This document shows, piece by piece, positions 22,361 to 36,416 of a stretch of DNA of 64,000 nucleotides. The stretch spans positions 372,001 through 436,000 of the forward strand of contig JANJGN010000150.1 in assembly GCA_026770705.1 (NCBI GenBank), in the 5' to 3' direction. The number at the start of each line of letters is the position of its first letter. Positions within the stretch are counted from its first letter, which is position 1. This stretch comes from Isurus oxyrinchus. Lineage: Eukaryota. Under the pieces are notes generated by a model. That model did no database searches. It was given only the letters and a program-made list of their open reading frames with translations, and had not been told where the DNA came from. A program made the translations under genes and the position numbers.

Positions 22361-23692
22361 ATGTTCTCAAAGGCAATTGGGGATGGGCAACAAATACTGG
22401 CCTAGCCAGTGACACCAACATCCCTGAAATGAATAAGAAAAAAATGTATCAATCAATTAAATTTATTGATTAATCGAATCGAAATTCCTCCAGCTGCCGT
22501 GGTGGGATTTGAACCCGTGCCTTCAAAGTATTCACCTGGGCCTCTGGATCACTGGCCTAGTGCCATTCCCATTGTGCGACTGTCTGTTATCATCATGGCT
22601 CTTTCACATCGATGTGGAAGTCCTGATAACAGAAGCATTGGACGAGGTACAGAAAGGTGACAAATCAGGAGCTCCATTGCTCAATATGAACGGATAATAA
22701 AGATAAATGAACATAAACCTTCCAGTCGCTAATTAGGGAGTCACTGTGGAGCCCATGAGTCCCTCGCAGCGCTATTGCAACCTTCTGGATTCCCAGTAGG
22801 GGACTCGGGGTGCAGCTGTGTCTTCCTCATCATTTGGAAAAGCCGGAATTGTTCGGGTGCCCCTTCAAACAGGCCGAAGATGCAGTGGGTGATGTCTCCC
22901 ACAGGCCCTGGGAGACCTCCCCTGCCAATTTGTTTTGTAGCTTATTCTTCAACTGCGACATTGGATCAGCTTGAAAAAGGGTGGGTCTGAGGCAATACCA
23001 CCAGGTAAGCGTCTATCCCCTCACACGTCACCCCCCCCCACCCCTGTAACCATCACAGTCCCTCCCATCGTGCTGGAGGAGCATAATGTGCACATTCCCC
23101 TCCTTCCAATCAGTCTCCTCCCTTCCTCTCTAATCCTTGATCTTATTGTGTTCGGGGTTGACATCCCAGTCCTCCTCCCTAGACTGTCTGATGTTGACAT
23201 CCCAATGCCCCATGTAGACCTGACCTCTCTCCAACTAGAGGCCCATTGTACTGTGACTTACAGAGACCACCGGCCCCCCTCGATTCCCACCCCCACCCCT
23301 ACCCTCTATATTACCTGCTCCCCACTGACAGGCTGCAGATGCCTCCCCTGACTGGGATTGTGCCACCTGCGGCCTAGTATCAAGCCACCCACTCCCAGGA
23401 TGGACGTGTGTGAGGGACTGACCACGTCACTCACACCATGCTGGGCACCACCAACCCAGGACTGCCAGGCTGTCCCCACCACACTGGACTGGGACTAGAA
23501 TAGGCGTGCCAAGCACAGCTCTCTAAATCGTGGCGCAGACCCACAGCACTCGCAATGTTTTGTGGCCCGAATCCTTGCTGAGGAACTGCCCAGCACTAAA
23601 AGCAAAAAAACTGCAGATGCTGGAAATCCAAAACAGAAACAGAAACAGAAATACGTGGAAAAACTCAGCAGGTCTGGCAGCATCGGCGGAGA

Positions 23693-24378
23693 AGTACTGA
23701 GGTAGTGCGGCACTGTCGGAGGGTATGAACTGAGGGAGTGCTGCACTGTCGGAGGGTATGAACTGAGGGAGAGCTACACTGTCGGAGGGCTTGAACTGAG
23801 GAAGTGCTGCACTGTCGGATGGTTTGAACTGAGGGAGTGCTGCACAGTCGGAGGGTTTGAACTGAGGGAGTGCGGCACTGTCGGAGGGTATGAACTGAGG
23901 GAGTGCTGCACTGTCGGAGGGTATGAACTGAGGGAGAGCTGCACTGTCGGAGGGCTTGAACTGAGGAAGTGCTGCACTGTCGGATGGTTTGAACTGAGGG
24001 AGTGCTGCACTGTCGGAGGGTCTGAACTGAAGGAGTGCTGCACTGTCGGAGGGTCTGAACTGAGGGAGTGCTGCACTGTCGGAGGGTCTGAAATGAGGGA
24101 GTGCTGCACTGTCAAAGGGTCTGAACTGAGAAAGTGCTGCACTGTCAGAGGGTCTGAACTGAGAGAGTGCTGCAATGTCAGAGGGTCTGAACTGAGGGAG
24201 TGCTGCACTGTCGGAGGTTCTGAACTGAGGGAGTGCTGCACTGTCGGAGGGTTTGAACTGAGGGAGTGCTGCACAGTCGGAGGGTCTGAACTGAGGGAGT
24301 GCTGCACTGTCAGAGGGTTTGAACTGAGGGAGTGCTGCATTGTCGGAGGGTCTGATCTGAGGGAGTGCTGCACTGTCT
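23693..24378 (+). repeat. 33-bp minisatellite variant (GGGTCTGAACTGAGGGAGTGCTGCACTGTCGGA), preceded by Penelope-type fragment 23597-23693
   Basis: About 21 units; source of the 292-aa DSAALPQFRPS pseudo-ORF. Confidence 0.93.
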
Positions 24379-25107
24379 AAAGAACATTGTACAAATTGCA
24401 CAAAATTTCATCTGATGCCTGTGTCTCATGCTAACATGAAGTTCATGCACACAACAGGAATATTTCTCGCTGTTTCTCTGCAGCAAGACAGCTTTGGAAT
24501 CACACCACCCACTGGCAAGAGTGTGCAGTTACAATGTGACATGTTTACATTGGAAATTTCTATTATAAAGATGGACAGAGGAATTCATCTGATTGGAAAA
24601 CGTGACAACAGGAAGCTATGTCTTTGAGCCAAGTATTTTGCAGCAAAACAAGAATTTTAATCTTTAAATATCTACAGAACAGGCTGAGCATTTTAATCAC
24701 TTGAGTTAATCAATGTAATTTTATTCATAAGCCAAATGCTTCTTACAATCTATCGCAGCATGAAAAGGTGCAGCATTCAGAAAGCACATTCCAATCAGAG
24801 AACAGAGTTTAGCAACGTCACATTTCTGTTCATTCCTATTCGATGAACTATTTCAAAAGGAAATTGGACGGAAATTGGAAATAAATTTGCAGGGATACGG
24901 GGATAGAGCAGGGGATGGGAGTGAGTGGATTGCTTTACAGAGAGACAGCATAGACTCAATGGGCCAAATGTCCTCCTCCATTGCTGGAATGACTCGATGA
25001 TACGGAGATGATTATAACCAGGACACTGACCAGTTTCATTACAACTTAACACAACATCACACGTTATTTGTCCGCACTGACTGACCAGATTGTTGCTGTA
25101 CAAAGCT

Positions 25108-25247
25108 TCAAACAGTCTGTCGACTTCCTTTCACTGTTTGTCTCTCCCAGACACAGACTCCAGTGATAGTGATAACCACAGCCACAAGGAATATCACAGC
25201 TCGTATTCCCAGGATCAGGATCACGTGCAGAATCTCTCCTCCACTGT
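25108..25247 (-). CDS. Siglec-like TM and short tail exon (copy D): (D)SGGEILHVILILGIRAVIFLVAVVITITGVCVWERQTVKGSRQTV*
   Basis: Acceptor TTCTCTAG, phase 1, hydrophobic segment with central Arg, TGA at 25110-25108; frame missed by the ORF track. Confidence 0.88.
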
Positions 25248-26091
25248 CTAGAGAACACACAGAAAGAAATCATCACTGACTCTCCGCTTTCAATCTCTCA
25301 CTCTGGCTGAACAATCAAGCTTCATATCACTGCAACATTTGCTGTAATATTGACCCATCCACTGGGATTCAATGTGGAATGAATGTTTTCATTGTAAACA
25401 CTCTAAGAGTGGACAATCGGAACTTTCTCCTTAGCGTGGAACATTGGTGAGAATGGATCATTGTGCTGTTGGACTCCCTGTCCAATGTTTCTCTCCATCG
25501 CTGTGTACAGGATTGTGCTGTAGAAAATTCTGGAAACGTTTAGTGCCGGGTGAAAATCCATCTCAGCCGTGTGTGCGAATCGGGCAGTATCGGGATGGAC
25601 TCCCCCACGGACTTACACACCCCGCTTAATAAACAGTTCCAATCTTTACCCAGAGAGAGGGGAGAATGTGGAACTCGCTCCCACAGGGAATGGTTGAGGT
25701 GAATAGTAGGAAATTAGGAAGTGAAATTGCTTGAAAAGCTTGGAGATGCAAGGGTTAAGTGTTACCGTGCTACCACTGGTGGGAGAGTGTAACTACAGCG
25801 TGATGTTTACATAGGCAATCCCCATTATGAACATGGACATCATGTGAAAAATGGGCACTGGAAAGCTGAGAACTTGGAGGAGGTGTTGCCATGGAAAATA
25901 ATGTGTGTGAGATGTAAAGTTTAGACAGCTTGTCTCTTCATTCAGCAACAATCAAATAAAGATCAGTTAACTTCTATCGACTGTGAAGCACTTTGAGAGG
26001 CATGAGAATGTGGATACTGAGAACGGGCTGCACTGTCAGAGGGTCAGTGCTGAGGGAGTGCTGATGTAGAATGAAGGGTGTCCGTTCTTAC

Positions 26092-26388
26092 CTTGCACAG
26101 TTAGTACGAGGGTCCGCTCCGATGAAACAGATGGATATCTCACTCTGCAGCTGAGATTGTGTCTGTGGTGTTTGAGTGATGGGATCAGGGTCAGAACAGA
26201 AGTATAGGTCAGAGTGACATCATGCTGAGTTACAGTGTTTGAGACTGATCCAGGTACGTCAGTGGGAGTGTCCCAGGTTAAGACAGGTGCTGCTGTTCCA
26301 TTGCACGTTGTGTTGAAGGTGCAGCTTACATCCACACGCTTTCCTGCAATAATTTCAGCAGGGAATATCGTGGGTTTATCTGTGAAAT
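26092..26388 (-). CDS. Siglec-like Ig C2-set exon (copy D) DFTDKPTIFPAEIIAGKRVDVSCTFNTTCNGTAAPVLTW...LSCRVRYPSVSSERTLVLTVQ
   Basis: 297 nt phase 1-1, canonical AG/GT, Siglec domain-2 pattern C..C..P.LTW..LSC. Confidence 0.92.
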
Positions 26389-27116
26389 CTAACAGACAGA
26401 GAATGGATCCTTTTAGAGAAATATAACATGAAGCATCAGTTCAAATAGAAATCACAGTCCCACAAGAAAAAGCACTTTTACAAGGATGATATCAGATCTG
26501 AGAGGTTACAATGATTAGGAGAGAATTTCCTGCTTTGAGACTTTGGTGTTTCTGTCTCTCAGCTTAATACACGTTCACTCCGAGACACTTGAACTGATAA
26601 TAGTGGGTGAGGGTGGTGGAGCAGACCAGAGTTTGGAGTGCACTACCTCATCATTCACTCAGCGATCTGGGCCATTTGTTACTTTGCAATTTGTGGGAGC
26701 TTGCTGTGTGCAAATTGGTTGCTGTGTTTCCCACATTACAATAGTAACTACAATTCAGGAATCAGCTCATTGGCTGTGAAGTGATTTGGTCCATGCTGAG
26801 GTGGTGAAAGGTGCTACAGAAATGTGAATCTTTCTTCTGTCGCTAAGTCAGACTTCGAGACAGGATTAGAGAGATCGATAGGAGTGGATAACCTGATAAC
26901 ATTGATGGACACAGTCAATACATTTAATCATTGATATTAAAGTGAGTATTAGATGTTGCTTTAGGAGTGAACTGGAAGCTATCACCAGGTTATTGAGAAT
27001 CAGACAGTGTGTTATAATAAGCTGTGTTTTGTGTTAATACGTAAACGTCACAGTTTGTGTTATTTCCCATTGAGTGTTGAATGTGAATTGTTGAGTAATT
27101 ATAACACAACACTTAC

Positions 27117-27482
27117 CAGAAACGTGAAGCTGGGTTACAGGGTAATAGTTGTGGCTCGGACCATTGTCAAATTCTATTCTGAAAAAATAAGGTCCTGCAT
27201 CTTCCCGTGTGATGTTGTTTATAATCAGGGAACAGTCGCCATCTTTCAGGTCTCCAGACAGCCGGGTCCGATGGTGGAACCGTGGTAACTCGTGACTGTG
27301 ATCCTTGGAGTGAAAGGCTACAGACGATGTTCCCCGTTCCTCATTATTAAACCAGACTCCACCTCGCGGTTGGTTTTCCAGACACGATGGATAACTGTAG
27401 TGACATGGAATCTGTACACAGGAACCTTCCTGCGCTGTCACCTCTCGTGGACTGTCACCTTTCCACTCTTGTGACAGTCCAG
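27117..27482 (-). CDS. Siglec-like Ig V-set exon (copy D) with essential Arg (YFFRIEF)
   Basis: 366 nt phase 1-1, AQEGSCVQIPCHY, GDLKDGDCSLII, DAGPYFFRIE; canonical splice sites. Confidence 0.92.
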
Positions 27483-27589
27483 CTGGGGAGAGAAATCTCA
27501 ATATTTATCTCTGAATGATTTGTGGATCCACTGAACCCGATATTTACAGATGAGGCTGAATTGGGGGGATGGTCAATACTGAGGAGAAT

Positions 27590-28375
27590 GGCAACAAATT
27601 ATTTTGGCAGGAAGAATAGAAAAACAGAATATTATTTAAATGGAGAGAGGCTGCAGAATGCAGTACAGAGGGATCTGGGTGTCCTTGTACATGAATCACA
27701 GAAAGTCAGCATTCAGGAACACCACGGAATGAGGAAGGCAAGTGGAATGTTGGCCTATATTGCAAAGGGATGGAGTATAAAAGGAGGGAAGTCTTGCAAC
27801 AGCTGCACATGTTGAGATTGTATCAGGAGCAGTGTGTACAGTTCTGTTCTCCTTACTTAGGGAGGGATAGACTCTGCATTGGAGGCAGTTCAGAGGAGGT
27901 TCACTGGGCTGATTCCTGGGATTAAAGGGTTTGTCCTGTGAGGAAATGTTGAGCACGTTGGGCCTGTATCCATTGGAGTTTAGAAGAATGAGGGGTGAGC
28001 TTATTGAAACATATCCGATTCCGAGGGGGCTTGACAGGGTGGATGCTGGGAGGATGTTTCCCCCTCGTGGGGGAATCTAGAACCAGGGAGCACAGTTTCG
28101 GAATGAGGGCTCTCCCATTTAAGACTGAGATGAGGAGGAATTTCCTCTCTCAGAGGGGCGCTAGCCTGTGGAATTCTCTTCCCCAGAGAGCAGTGGAGGC
28201 TGGGCCATTGAATAGACTCAAGGCTGAGTGAGGCAGGTTTTTGATCGACAAGGGAGTCAAGGGTTTGGGGGACAGGCAGGAGAATGGAGTTAAGGCCACA
28301 ACCAGATCAGTGAGAGCAGGCTTGAGGGGCCGAATGGCCTGCTCCTGTCCCTATTTCTTATGTTCCTACATTCTT
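27590..28375 (+). mobile_element. CR1 LINE 3' fragment
   Basis: QRDLGVLVHESQK, RNFLSQR..LWNSLPQRAVEA, GGCCGAATGGCCTGCTCCTG tail. Confidence 0.9.
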
Positions 28376-29029
28376 ACCTTCTAAATATATTAAAGCTGCA
28401 GAATAAACATGCAAGTGACTGACCCGCTCGACCCACCTTCCATCTGGGGGTCCCATGGGGAGGACCCTTCCTGAGCCAGATCCATCAGCCAACATGGTCT
28501 GGATCCGAGCACAGGAGACACGGGGGGGAGTGACTAACAGGCTCCTTGTGACAGGCCCCATCTGTCCAATGGCTGGCTTTCAGCTGCCAAGGCCAGAGTG
28601 GTCCTTGCTAAAACCGGCTCAGGACAGGCCAGGATCCCTGTGCAGACCTCCTCCAGCGCTGCAGCCTCTGTACAAACCCCTCATGCGCTTGTGGAGAGAC
28701 ACAAACAAGGCTGCGCATTACCGAGGAGAATCCCCTCTATGGACTAAGGGGCTGACTCATCACCCTAAACTCAGCAAATGAGGAGGCTCTCGCTCGGTAT
28801 CGGGGCTTGGCATTGGCTCAATAAAAATAATCAAATGACATTTTGGTCAGAAATCTAAGGAGGTTGTACATTCCCTCAAAAATAAGACTCAAGCTGGGGT
28901 CAAGGGTCAAAGGGCAACAACTTATATTTACACATCAACTTTAACATGACAAATCACCCCAAGGTGCTACACAGGAGCGTCATAAAACAAAGTATGTCAC
29001 CCAGACACATGTGGAGATATTAGCGACAG

Positions 29030-30910
29030 CTGGCCAGAAGAGGTCGGTGTTATGGAGAGACAGAGAGAAAGAGACAGAGAGAGAGAGAGAGAGAGAGGGA
29101 GCGGTTTCGGGTGGGAATTCCAGAGCTTAGGTTCCCAGGGAACTGAGGGCACGGCCGGTAATTTTGGAGCGATAGCATCCGGTGATGGTCAAGAGTCTGG
29201 AATAGGAGGAGCGCAGTGATCTCGGGGGGTTGTAGGTGCTATAGTTTGTACAGAGGCTGTAGAGAGGCTACAAATTAGGAAAATTTGGAGAGGCTGGAGG
29301 AGGTTACAGAGCTAGGGAGGGTTGTACAGTATGCAGGTGGTTACAGAGATAGGGAGGGTTGTAGGGGCAGGATGGGTTTACAGAGATACGGAAGGTTGTA
29401 GGGGCTGGAGGAGCTTACAGTGAAAGGGGGGGCAGTGTAGGGACTGGTGGAGGTTACAGGGTAAGGCAGGCTTTAGGGGCCTGAGTAGGTTACAGAGACA
29501 GGGGGTTTGGAGGGACTGGAGAAATTTATAGTAAAAGGGAGCCTTTAGGGGCAAAAGATAGTTACAGAGATAGAGAGGCTGGACGGGAATGGGAAATGTT
29601 ATGGAGATAGGGGGTTTGTAGGTACAGGATGGGGTTATAGGGACTGGATGAGGTTACAGAGATAGAGAGTGCTGTAGGGACTGGAGGAGGTTACAGAGAT
29701 AGAGAGTGCTGTAGGGACTGGGGGATGTTACAGAGATAGGGGTTGTTGCAGCGGTTGGTGAAGGTTACAGAGAAATGGACCGTTGTTGGAGCTGGAAGAG
29801 GTTTATGAGGTAGTGGTGGTTATAGGGACTGAAATAATTTACAGAGATTGGGAGTGTTGTAGGGGCTGGAGGAGGTTACAGAGATAGGGAGCGTTGTAGG
29901 TACTGGAGGAGGATGAGGAGATTACAGGGATAGTGAGGAAACAAAGATGAAAATTTGGACATTGAGACTTTGCTTGACCAGGAGCCAGTCTCGGTCATCG
30001 AGCAGAGCGGGTGATAAGGGAATGGGACTTGGTGTGAGTAAGGACGGGGTCAGCAGTTTTGGATGGCCTCAAGTTTATGGAGTGTAGAGCGTGTGTTGGA
30101 ACAGTCGAGTCTGGAGGTAATGAAGGTGTGGATGAGGGTTTCAGCAGCAGATGAGCTGAGACAGGGTGAAGTCGTACGATGTTACGGAGGTGGAAATAGA
30201 CGGTGTTAGTGAGGGCGCAGATATGAGGCCGGAAGCTCATCTCAGGATCAAATGGGACAACAAAGCTGTGAACAGATTGGCTTCAATCTCAGAGAGCTGT
30301 CAGGGAGAGGAATGGAGTTGGTAGCGAGGGAACAGAGTTTGGAGCGGGGAATGAAGACAATGGCTTCAGTCTTTCCAATATTTAATTGGAGGGAATTTCT
30401 GCCCATCCAGTACTGGATGTCGGATAAGCAGCCTGATAATTTAGCAGCAGTGGAGGAGTCGAGAGAGGTGGTGGTGAGGTAGAGCTGGGGATCCTCAGTG
30501 GACAGGTGAAAACTAACACTGATCAGATGATGCTGCAAAGCCATTGCAAGTGATTCTCTGGCTACGATGAGTTGGATAAGAGTGGAGCCAGGGGAGAGCA
30601 GTCCCACCCAGCTGGACGACAGTGGAGAGGTGTTGGAGGAGGATGGTGTGGTCGAGCGTGTCAAAGGCTGCAGACAGATCGAGAAGGACGAGGAGGGAAA
30701 GTTGACCTTTGTCACAGTCACACAGGATGCCATTTGTGACCTTGATAAGAGCTGTTTCAGCACAGTGGCTGGGGTGGGAACCTGATTGGAGGGATTCAAA
30801 CATGGAGTTCCGGGAAAGATGGGAACGGATTCGGGAGATGGAAACGCGTTCAAGGACTTTGGAGGGGAAAGAGAGGCTGGAGATGGGACGGGGGTTTACA
30901 CGGACAGTGT
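29030..30910 (-). mobile_element. L2 LINE RT fragment with decayed 37-bp minisatellite (29200-29930)
   Basis: SKVLERV..ESLQSG..TALIKVTNGIL..LLVLLDLSAAFDTLDHTILL; LSDIQYWMGRNSLQLNIGKTEAIVF. Confidence 0.88.
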
Positions 30911-31167
30911 GAGGGGTGGAAGGTGTAGTGGGGAGGAGACACTTCACTCAGTGGGGAGGTGTCATCACCCCTCAGCTCGGTTTACGTTACAGCTATGATG
31001 TGGATTCAATCACACACAATAAGCTCATGGATCTGGGAGCAGAAATAGACAAATCATTAAAAATAGTGACGCTGGTTAACACGGCCAAAAAACAAGCAAA
31101 TCAAACACTATTATTTCCCGTTGAGTGTTGGATGTGAATTGTTGAGTAATTATAACACAGCACTTAC

Positions 31168-31554
31168 CAGAAACGTGAAGCTGGGTTTCAGGATAGTTGC
31201 TGTAACTATTTTTGCCGTCAAATTCTATTCTGAAATAATAAGGTCCTGCATCTTCCCGTCTGATGTTGTTTATAATCAGGGAACAGTCGCCATCTTTCAG
31301 GTCTCCAGACAGCCGGGTCCGATGGCGGAACCGTGGTAACTCGTGACTGTGATTCTTGGAGTGAAAGGCAATGATCCCTCTAGACCTTGTATTCCATGTA
31401 TTCCATGTGTACCATTTCACATACCAGATTCCGACACGTGCTCTCCCTACTAAACGTGCTGGATAACTGTAATTACATGGGATCTGTACACACGAACCTT
31501 CCTGCGCTGTCACCTCTCGTGGAGTGTTGCCTTTCCACTCTTGTGACAGTCCAA
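31168..31554 (-). CDS. Siglec-like Ig V-set exon (copy C) with extended Trp-rich C-C' loop and essential Arg (YYFRIEF)
   Basis: 387 nt phase 1-1, open frame, canonical CCCCAG / GTAAGT sites. Confidence 0.88.
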
Positions 31555-32182
31555 CTGGGGAGAGAAATATCAATATTTAACTCTGTGTGTTTTGACGATC
31601 CACTAGACTCGATATCCACCCCCTCCTTCACTGGGGCACAGTGGCTGCAGTGTGGACCATCTACAGGACACACATGGAACTCCCCAAGGTATCACAATGG
31701 ATGGGAGAGAATCCTGGAAACAGGAGTGGACAAGTTCATTCTACATTGGCTGATGGTCCTCAGGACCCTGATTGTGCACAAGCCTGCTATCCAACAGAAC
31801 TGAAGTTGGGGAAAATCCATTTGGAATTCCATTGTCCAGGGCATTGTGTTAACTAGCTGGGTTTGTTTTAAATCTAAAATCTATTTTTGGTCTGTTGCCT
31901 TAAAGGGAGTGTAACTGGGAGTCAGATTAATTAGGAATTTTTGGAGTTATTATAGCTGTCATTGTAGTCTTATGTATGTGCTTGAAATCTTTTATTTTTG
32001 TGACAAATATTTTAATTTATTTTTTTAAATCTCTAAAGATCTTGGTGGACTTATTGCTTCTGAATTCAGTGCACACATCTCATAATAAATACAAATTGCA
32101 AATTCATTATGATCGTGTGACCACCTTTCTCTCAGGGACTTGGTCTGCCTGGGTCACATCACCTGCCAAGTGATAACACTGT

Positions 32183-33493
32183 TGTAATATGCCTTTCAGG
32201 GACAGCAGCATGACATCACTCGAGGGGAAGTGCGTCATGTGATTTTTCAGAACTGGGGTTGGCTTAAGGAAGCTCTCTGTCTATTTGTGTGTGTTAGGTA
32301 TAAGGTATATCTTTCAATTCAAGTTTAGTTTGTATTTCTGTATTTGGGTGTTTTGAAAAGGGGGAACTTGAGTTTTGGTTTCACTTTGGAAGAAGCCGCC
32401 TATCTAATGAGTTTTTATAACTCTTGAAGGGAAGTCAAAACAAACACAAGTTAGAAGAAACTGTGTTGTTGCCTAGCAACAGTGATCCAGAGGGAGGGAC
32501 ACACAGAGACCGAGAAAAACAGAAAAGTACTTTCAGTTCTGTTGAAAGGAGTTGCCAGGAGACGCAGCAAAGGATTGGGACAGATAGTCAGTCCCAAAGT
32601 AAAGATGAAGCCAAAACTATCGAGTGGAACAGGAGAAAGGGCCCAAGAAAACCTTCTAGTCAAATCTGGAAAAGGCCCTGTTAAGTGAAGTTAAGAGTGA
32701 GGAACAGAAGAAGGCTCGAAACATAAAGGGAGAAAGCAGCAAGACACAGACCTAAAGCAAAATAGGCTTGCGAGAAGCCAGAAGATCCTAGGAGACACCA
32801 CAGGTTGGTGACTCATTACTACGGCCGTGTGAAGCCATGGTGTTCCATTGACATGGCTGAGCATTGGAGAGACAGGGCGTGGAAGGAAGGCTGAATGCAC
32901 GTGGCGATCCAGGGGACAGGAACATGGGAAGGAGAGTTTGAAATAGTGAAAGTGGACCCTTGTGGAAGGTGTCTGAGTGAAAGTGTCATGTTGGAGGAGA
33001 TTCCAAAGTGAGTTCTTGGAGAGTGGAGATTGGAAACCCTCATATGGATATGTCAGTTCAGTGAGACTGGTTGGCTCACAGTGTAACAAGCGTCTGGGGT
33101 CAGATGAGGAGGGAGACATAGCATTTGTTCCAAGTGGGTTCTGTCAGTTTCTTTAAGAATGTGTTGTCCCTGACCCCAGGTCGTCTACTGGTTTACATCG
33201 ACTGTGCACTTAGTGTGAACATGAGAGTATAAGATAGCTATTGTAACTTGTGTTCTACTTATGAATCTGCAAAGGTATAGGTCTGAGTGAAGGAGTAATG
33301 TAATATAATTTGTCTTTCCTAGTTTAATAAATGTTTTATTCTTTTGTTAGAAGTTCATCAGATGACTCCTGTGACTCTGTTCAGTAGCCTCACTCCACAT
33401 TCCTAAATAAAAAATAAAAGTTAGGACCTATCAAGCTGAGTTCCACGCTGGGATCTGACTTGCCCAGTAGTAACATCAGCTGGGATGATAACA
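32183..33493 (+). mobile_element. Probable solo LTR-like element
   Basis: TGTAAT...GATAACA termini and internal AATAAA (~33326); no clear TSD. Confidence 0.45.
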
Positions 33494-34296
33494 CCATCCA
33501 GTCCAAGTTTCACTTTGGTCTGTGAGCAGAACACAGCTCACACAGTTTGGCTGCAGGTGTCTCCCAGCTTTCTATCCTTGTATATCTGTTCTCATGTCCC
33601 TGTTCTAAATAACTGAACCCACAATGTATTTACCCAATTCCGTATCAGGGGCTGGTGCCTTTATATCATTATAAAAACACAACATGGTGATCAGCGGTGG
33701 CCAAACATTCTGGCAGCAAGATTCAGTACAGGTATGACGTGGTGAACAGCCTGAGATCGAGCTACATGACATGAGACGACCCTCGACACTTTGGTCAGAC
33801 CATAACAGAGACACAGCATCAGAGAGGGTTGAAATCGCAGTGTACTGACTGCTCAGGAAACCGTTGAAGACACAGTGACGGGAAAGAGCTCAAGTAAAGA
33901 GCTGGGGAGCAGACGGATCCCTCATGGTGAGATTACAGCACACGGCCTGTAGGTCAGTGAGTGGGACAGTGTGTATCGCCAGGACCAGCAGCGGGTTACC
34001 TCAGTCAGGGAAGGCGAGTGACCAGGGTGTGGGCTGGATCGATAGTGAGCGAGGGAGAGTCAAACACACAAAAACCATTATAAAAATCAGCCCAGAGAAG
34101 TTAGTGATTATAACGGGCGGCTTCGAGATTGCTGAACAGCAAATTGAATAAAAAACAAAGACTCCATTACTCCGTGGTGTGTTCCTGCCACAACCCGTCT
34201 TCGTGGGCGGAGCTTCGGAAAAGCGCACAAAAGGGGCTAAAGCGACACTCATCCCAGATCCTGTAGGAGAAGGCAGGTCAAAGGAATATTGTCAGA

Positions 34297-35500
34297 ATGT
34301 CCACGAAATTCCCCAGTTTGAACTGGGATGTAGCTGACCGACTATCTGAATTCAGAATGTTTAAACAGCGTACAGAGCTCTGGTTTCCTGATTCAGGTGT
34401 GACTGAACCAGACGAACAAGCCATAAAAATTCACCTCGCGATTGGGAATGAAGGTCTACCCAGGCTGAACACGTCAGGATTAACAGCTGAAGAGTGAAAG
34501 GATCCCCAATAGATATGGACGACTTTGGAAGACAGGTTCAGAATCAGGTGAAACTCCATATTCATCAACTAGAGTTTATGTCATTTCATCAGCCTACACA
34601 ATCCATAGACCACTTTGTCAGCCAATGTAGAGAAAAGGGTACGCACTGTGATTTCAAACACAGAGCCTGCAGACACAGTGAGTTGGTGATCGCATCCACT
34701 CCCATGGAAGCCTTCCAGAAAGATCTGCTAGATAAGTCCAAAACCTATAGCATTGAAGAGCTACTCAAGGATGGACATAAATACGAAGTAATCCTCGCAG
34801 GTCAACGAAGCTTACAGGTCCTCAGTACAACATCAATTGTTGACACACTCACTAGAACATCCAAACCTAGTGAGACGTGTGGAAGGTGTGGCCTTCTGCA
34901 GGCACCAAGGAAATGCCCAGCTTTCCACCAATCCTGCAAGGCTTGTGGCAGAAAGGGCCATTGACAGCGGCAGGGCACTAGAGCAAAGGCTGATGCAGCT
35001 ACAAAGAGCCGTGCGCTGATCCAAACAGACCCTACACAACTGGGAACCTTCAAGCAATAAGAATGACCATCCACTATCCCATCAGGAACATATACATGTG
35101 GTGACAGACAAACCAGGAAATGGCGATGATGTGCACGGTGAGACGAGGAGCGGTGATCGATATTCCACCTCTCACACATATCCTGACGTGGCTTGCCAAT
35201 AAATTGTGGATTGTTGTCCTTAATGATCTCTCTCAGCACATCAAATAAACTGAAAATGTCCCATAGGGGTGGGATTTTCTGGCCCCACCCACTGCCAGGA
35301 TTATCCAGTCTGGCCAAAAGCCAATGGATTTATGTTTGTCCCAGTTTCACATACTACCCCATCACCTCAATTCATGACATAACATTGAAATATGCAGAAA
35401 GTTTCAACAATATTGGCAGTTTCAAAGGAGCTCCAACATTACACCTGCTGGAGAATGCAAGTCTGTCAATTGATCTAGTCCATTTAGCACAACACAAATG
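34297..35500 (+). mobile_element. Ty3/Gypsy gag (zinc knuckle) and decayed pol remnant
   Basis: LNW..LSEFRMFKQR.ELWF, CGRCG..CPAFHQSCKACGRKGH double knuckle; stops and frameshifts. Confidence 0.8.
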
Positions 35501-36416
35501 CCAGCAGCTGCAAGAGGGAACGGTGAAAGCTTCTACGCTACAGAAACTGAGGAAGCATCATTGAAGGATCTCCTGATTCAACTTGATCTTATTGGGATGA
35601 GCAAGGCATCTCCCGGGGAGTCATTTTTAAAGGCAGGCAGGGCATCATACTGGAATCTTTGTGATCCGATATTCTTCGACAACTTGGCAGTGGGAAATAG
35701 TGGGGACAGCCTGTCAAGGTAAGAAAATGAGGGGCCCATTGGCAGGTGTCAGTACTGTCCACATGTGTGTCCATCTCAGGCTGTTGGCTGGCCGAGTGCT
35801 TACAAGGATTTGAGATCACCTACAACATTTTGACTGTGACTCTCAGCACTCCACTGTGCCTGCTCTTGGACAATGTCCTTTACCGCGCATCGAAGGGAGG
35901 GCCTGCTGAACCTGCAATGTGAAAAACTGCCCAGGGATATGTCCAATCCAGTGGGACAATTCCAACCTGGCCAATCACCACCTTATTAATTTACTCTTCA
36001 TCATAAGCAAAGTGACAAAGGTGTAATGGACATTAAGAGGCATTGACTCAACAATAACCTGCTCATCCAGCATGGTGGTAGTGCCACACAACACAATGGA
36101 GGGTATCCTCAGTGAAAGGACGGGACTTCATCTCCAAGGTTTCTGTTCAGGACCAGGGTCCTATGGAATCATTACACACAAAGGATCAGCGGTGAGGCCT
36201 AACCGAGGATAAATCAGATCCATTCCCGCTCCTCAATCACCGTACAGTCCTGTTGCATGGAGTCATCGGGCTGAATTTTCCCGTTGGCGAGCAGGGGGCA
36301 GGGCCTGCTCAGCGACACTATGATGATGCGGGATGACATCAGGAGGAACCCCCGACATCATCCTGCCCCATTTAAATATTCAGACCCACCCCCCCCGACA
36401 GGCAGGAAATTCAGCC

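Noticed and set aside
23523-24401. 292-aa repetitive ORF (DSAALPQFRPS)n and similar ORFs at 1455, 45474, 56976, 63340
   Set aside because: Translations of a 33-bp SINE-derived minisatellite; open in several frames on both strands, with no splice or promoter context.
25064-25276. Cys-rich ORF MMISFCVFSRQWRRDSARDPDPGNTSCDIPCGCGYHY (also 47653-48369)
   Set aside because: Alternative frame of the TM exon; the phase-1 spliced frame gives the hydrophobic TM.
28378-28395. Possible 18-nt phase-1 micro-exon or leader on minus strand (CTGCAG|..ALIYLEG|GTAAG) upstream of V copy D
   Set aside because: Its donor overlaps the CR1 3' tail, the upstream ATG frame stops at once, and it has no similarity to the true leader exons.
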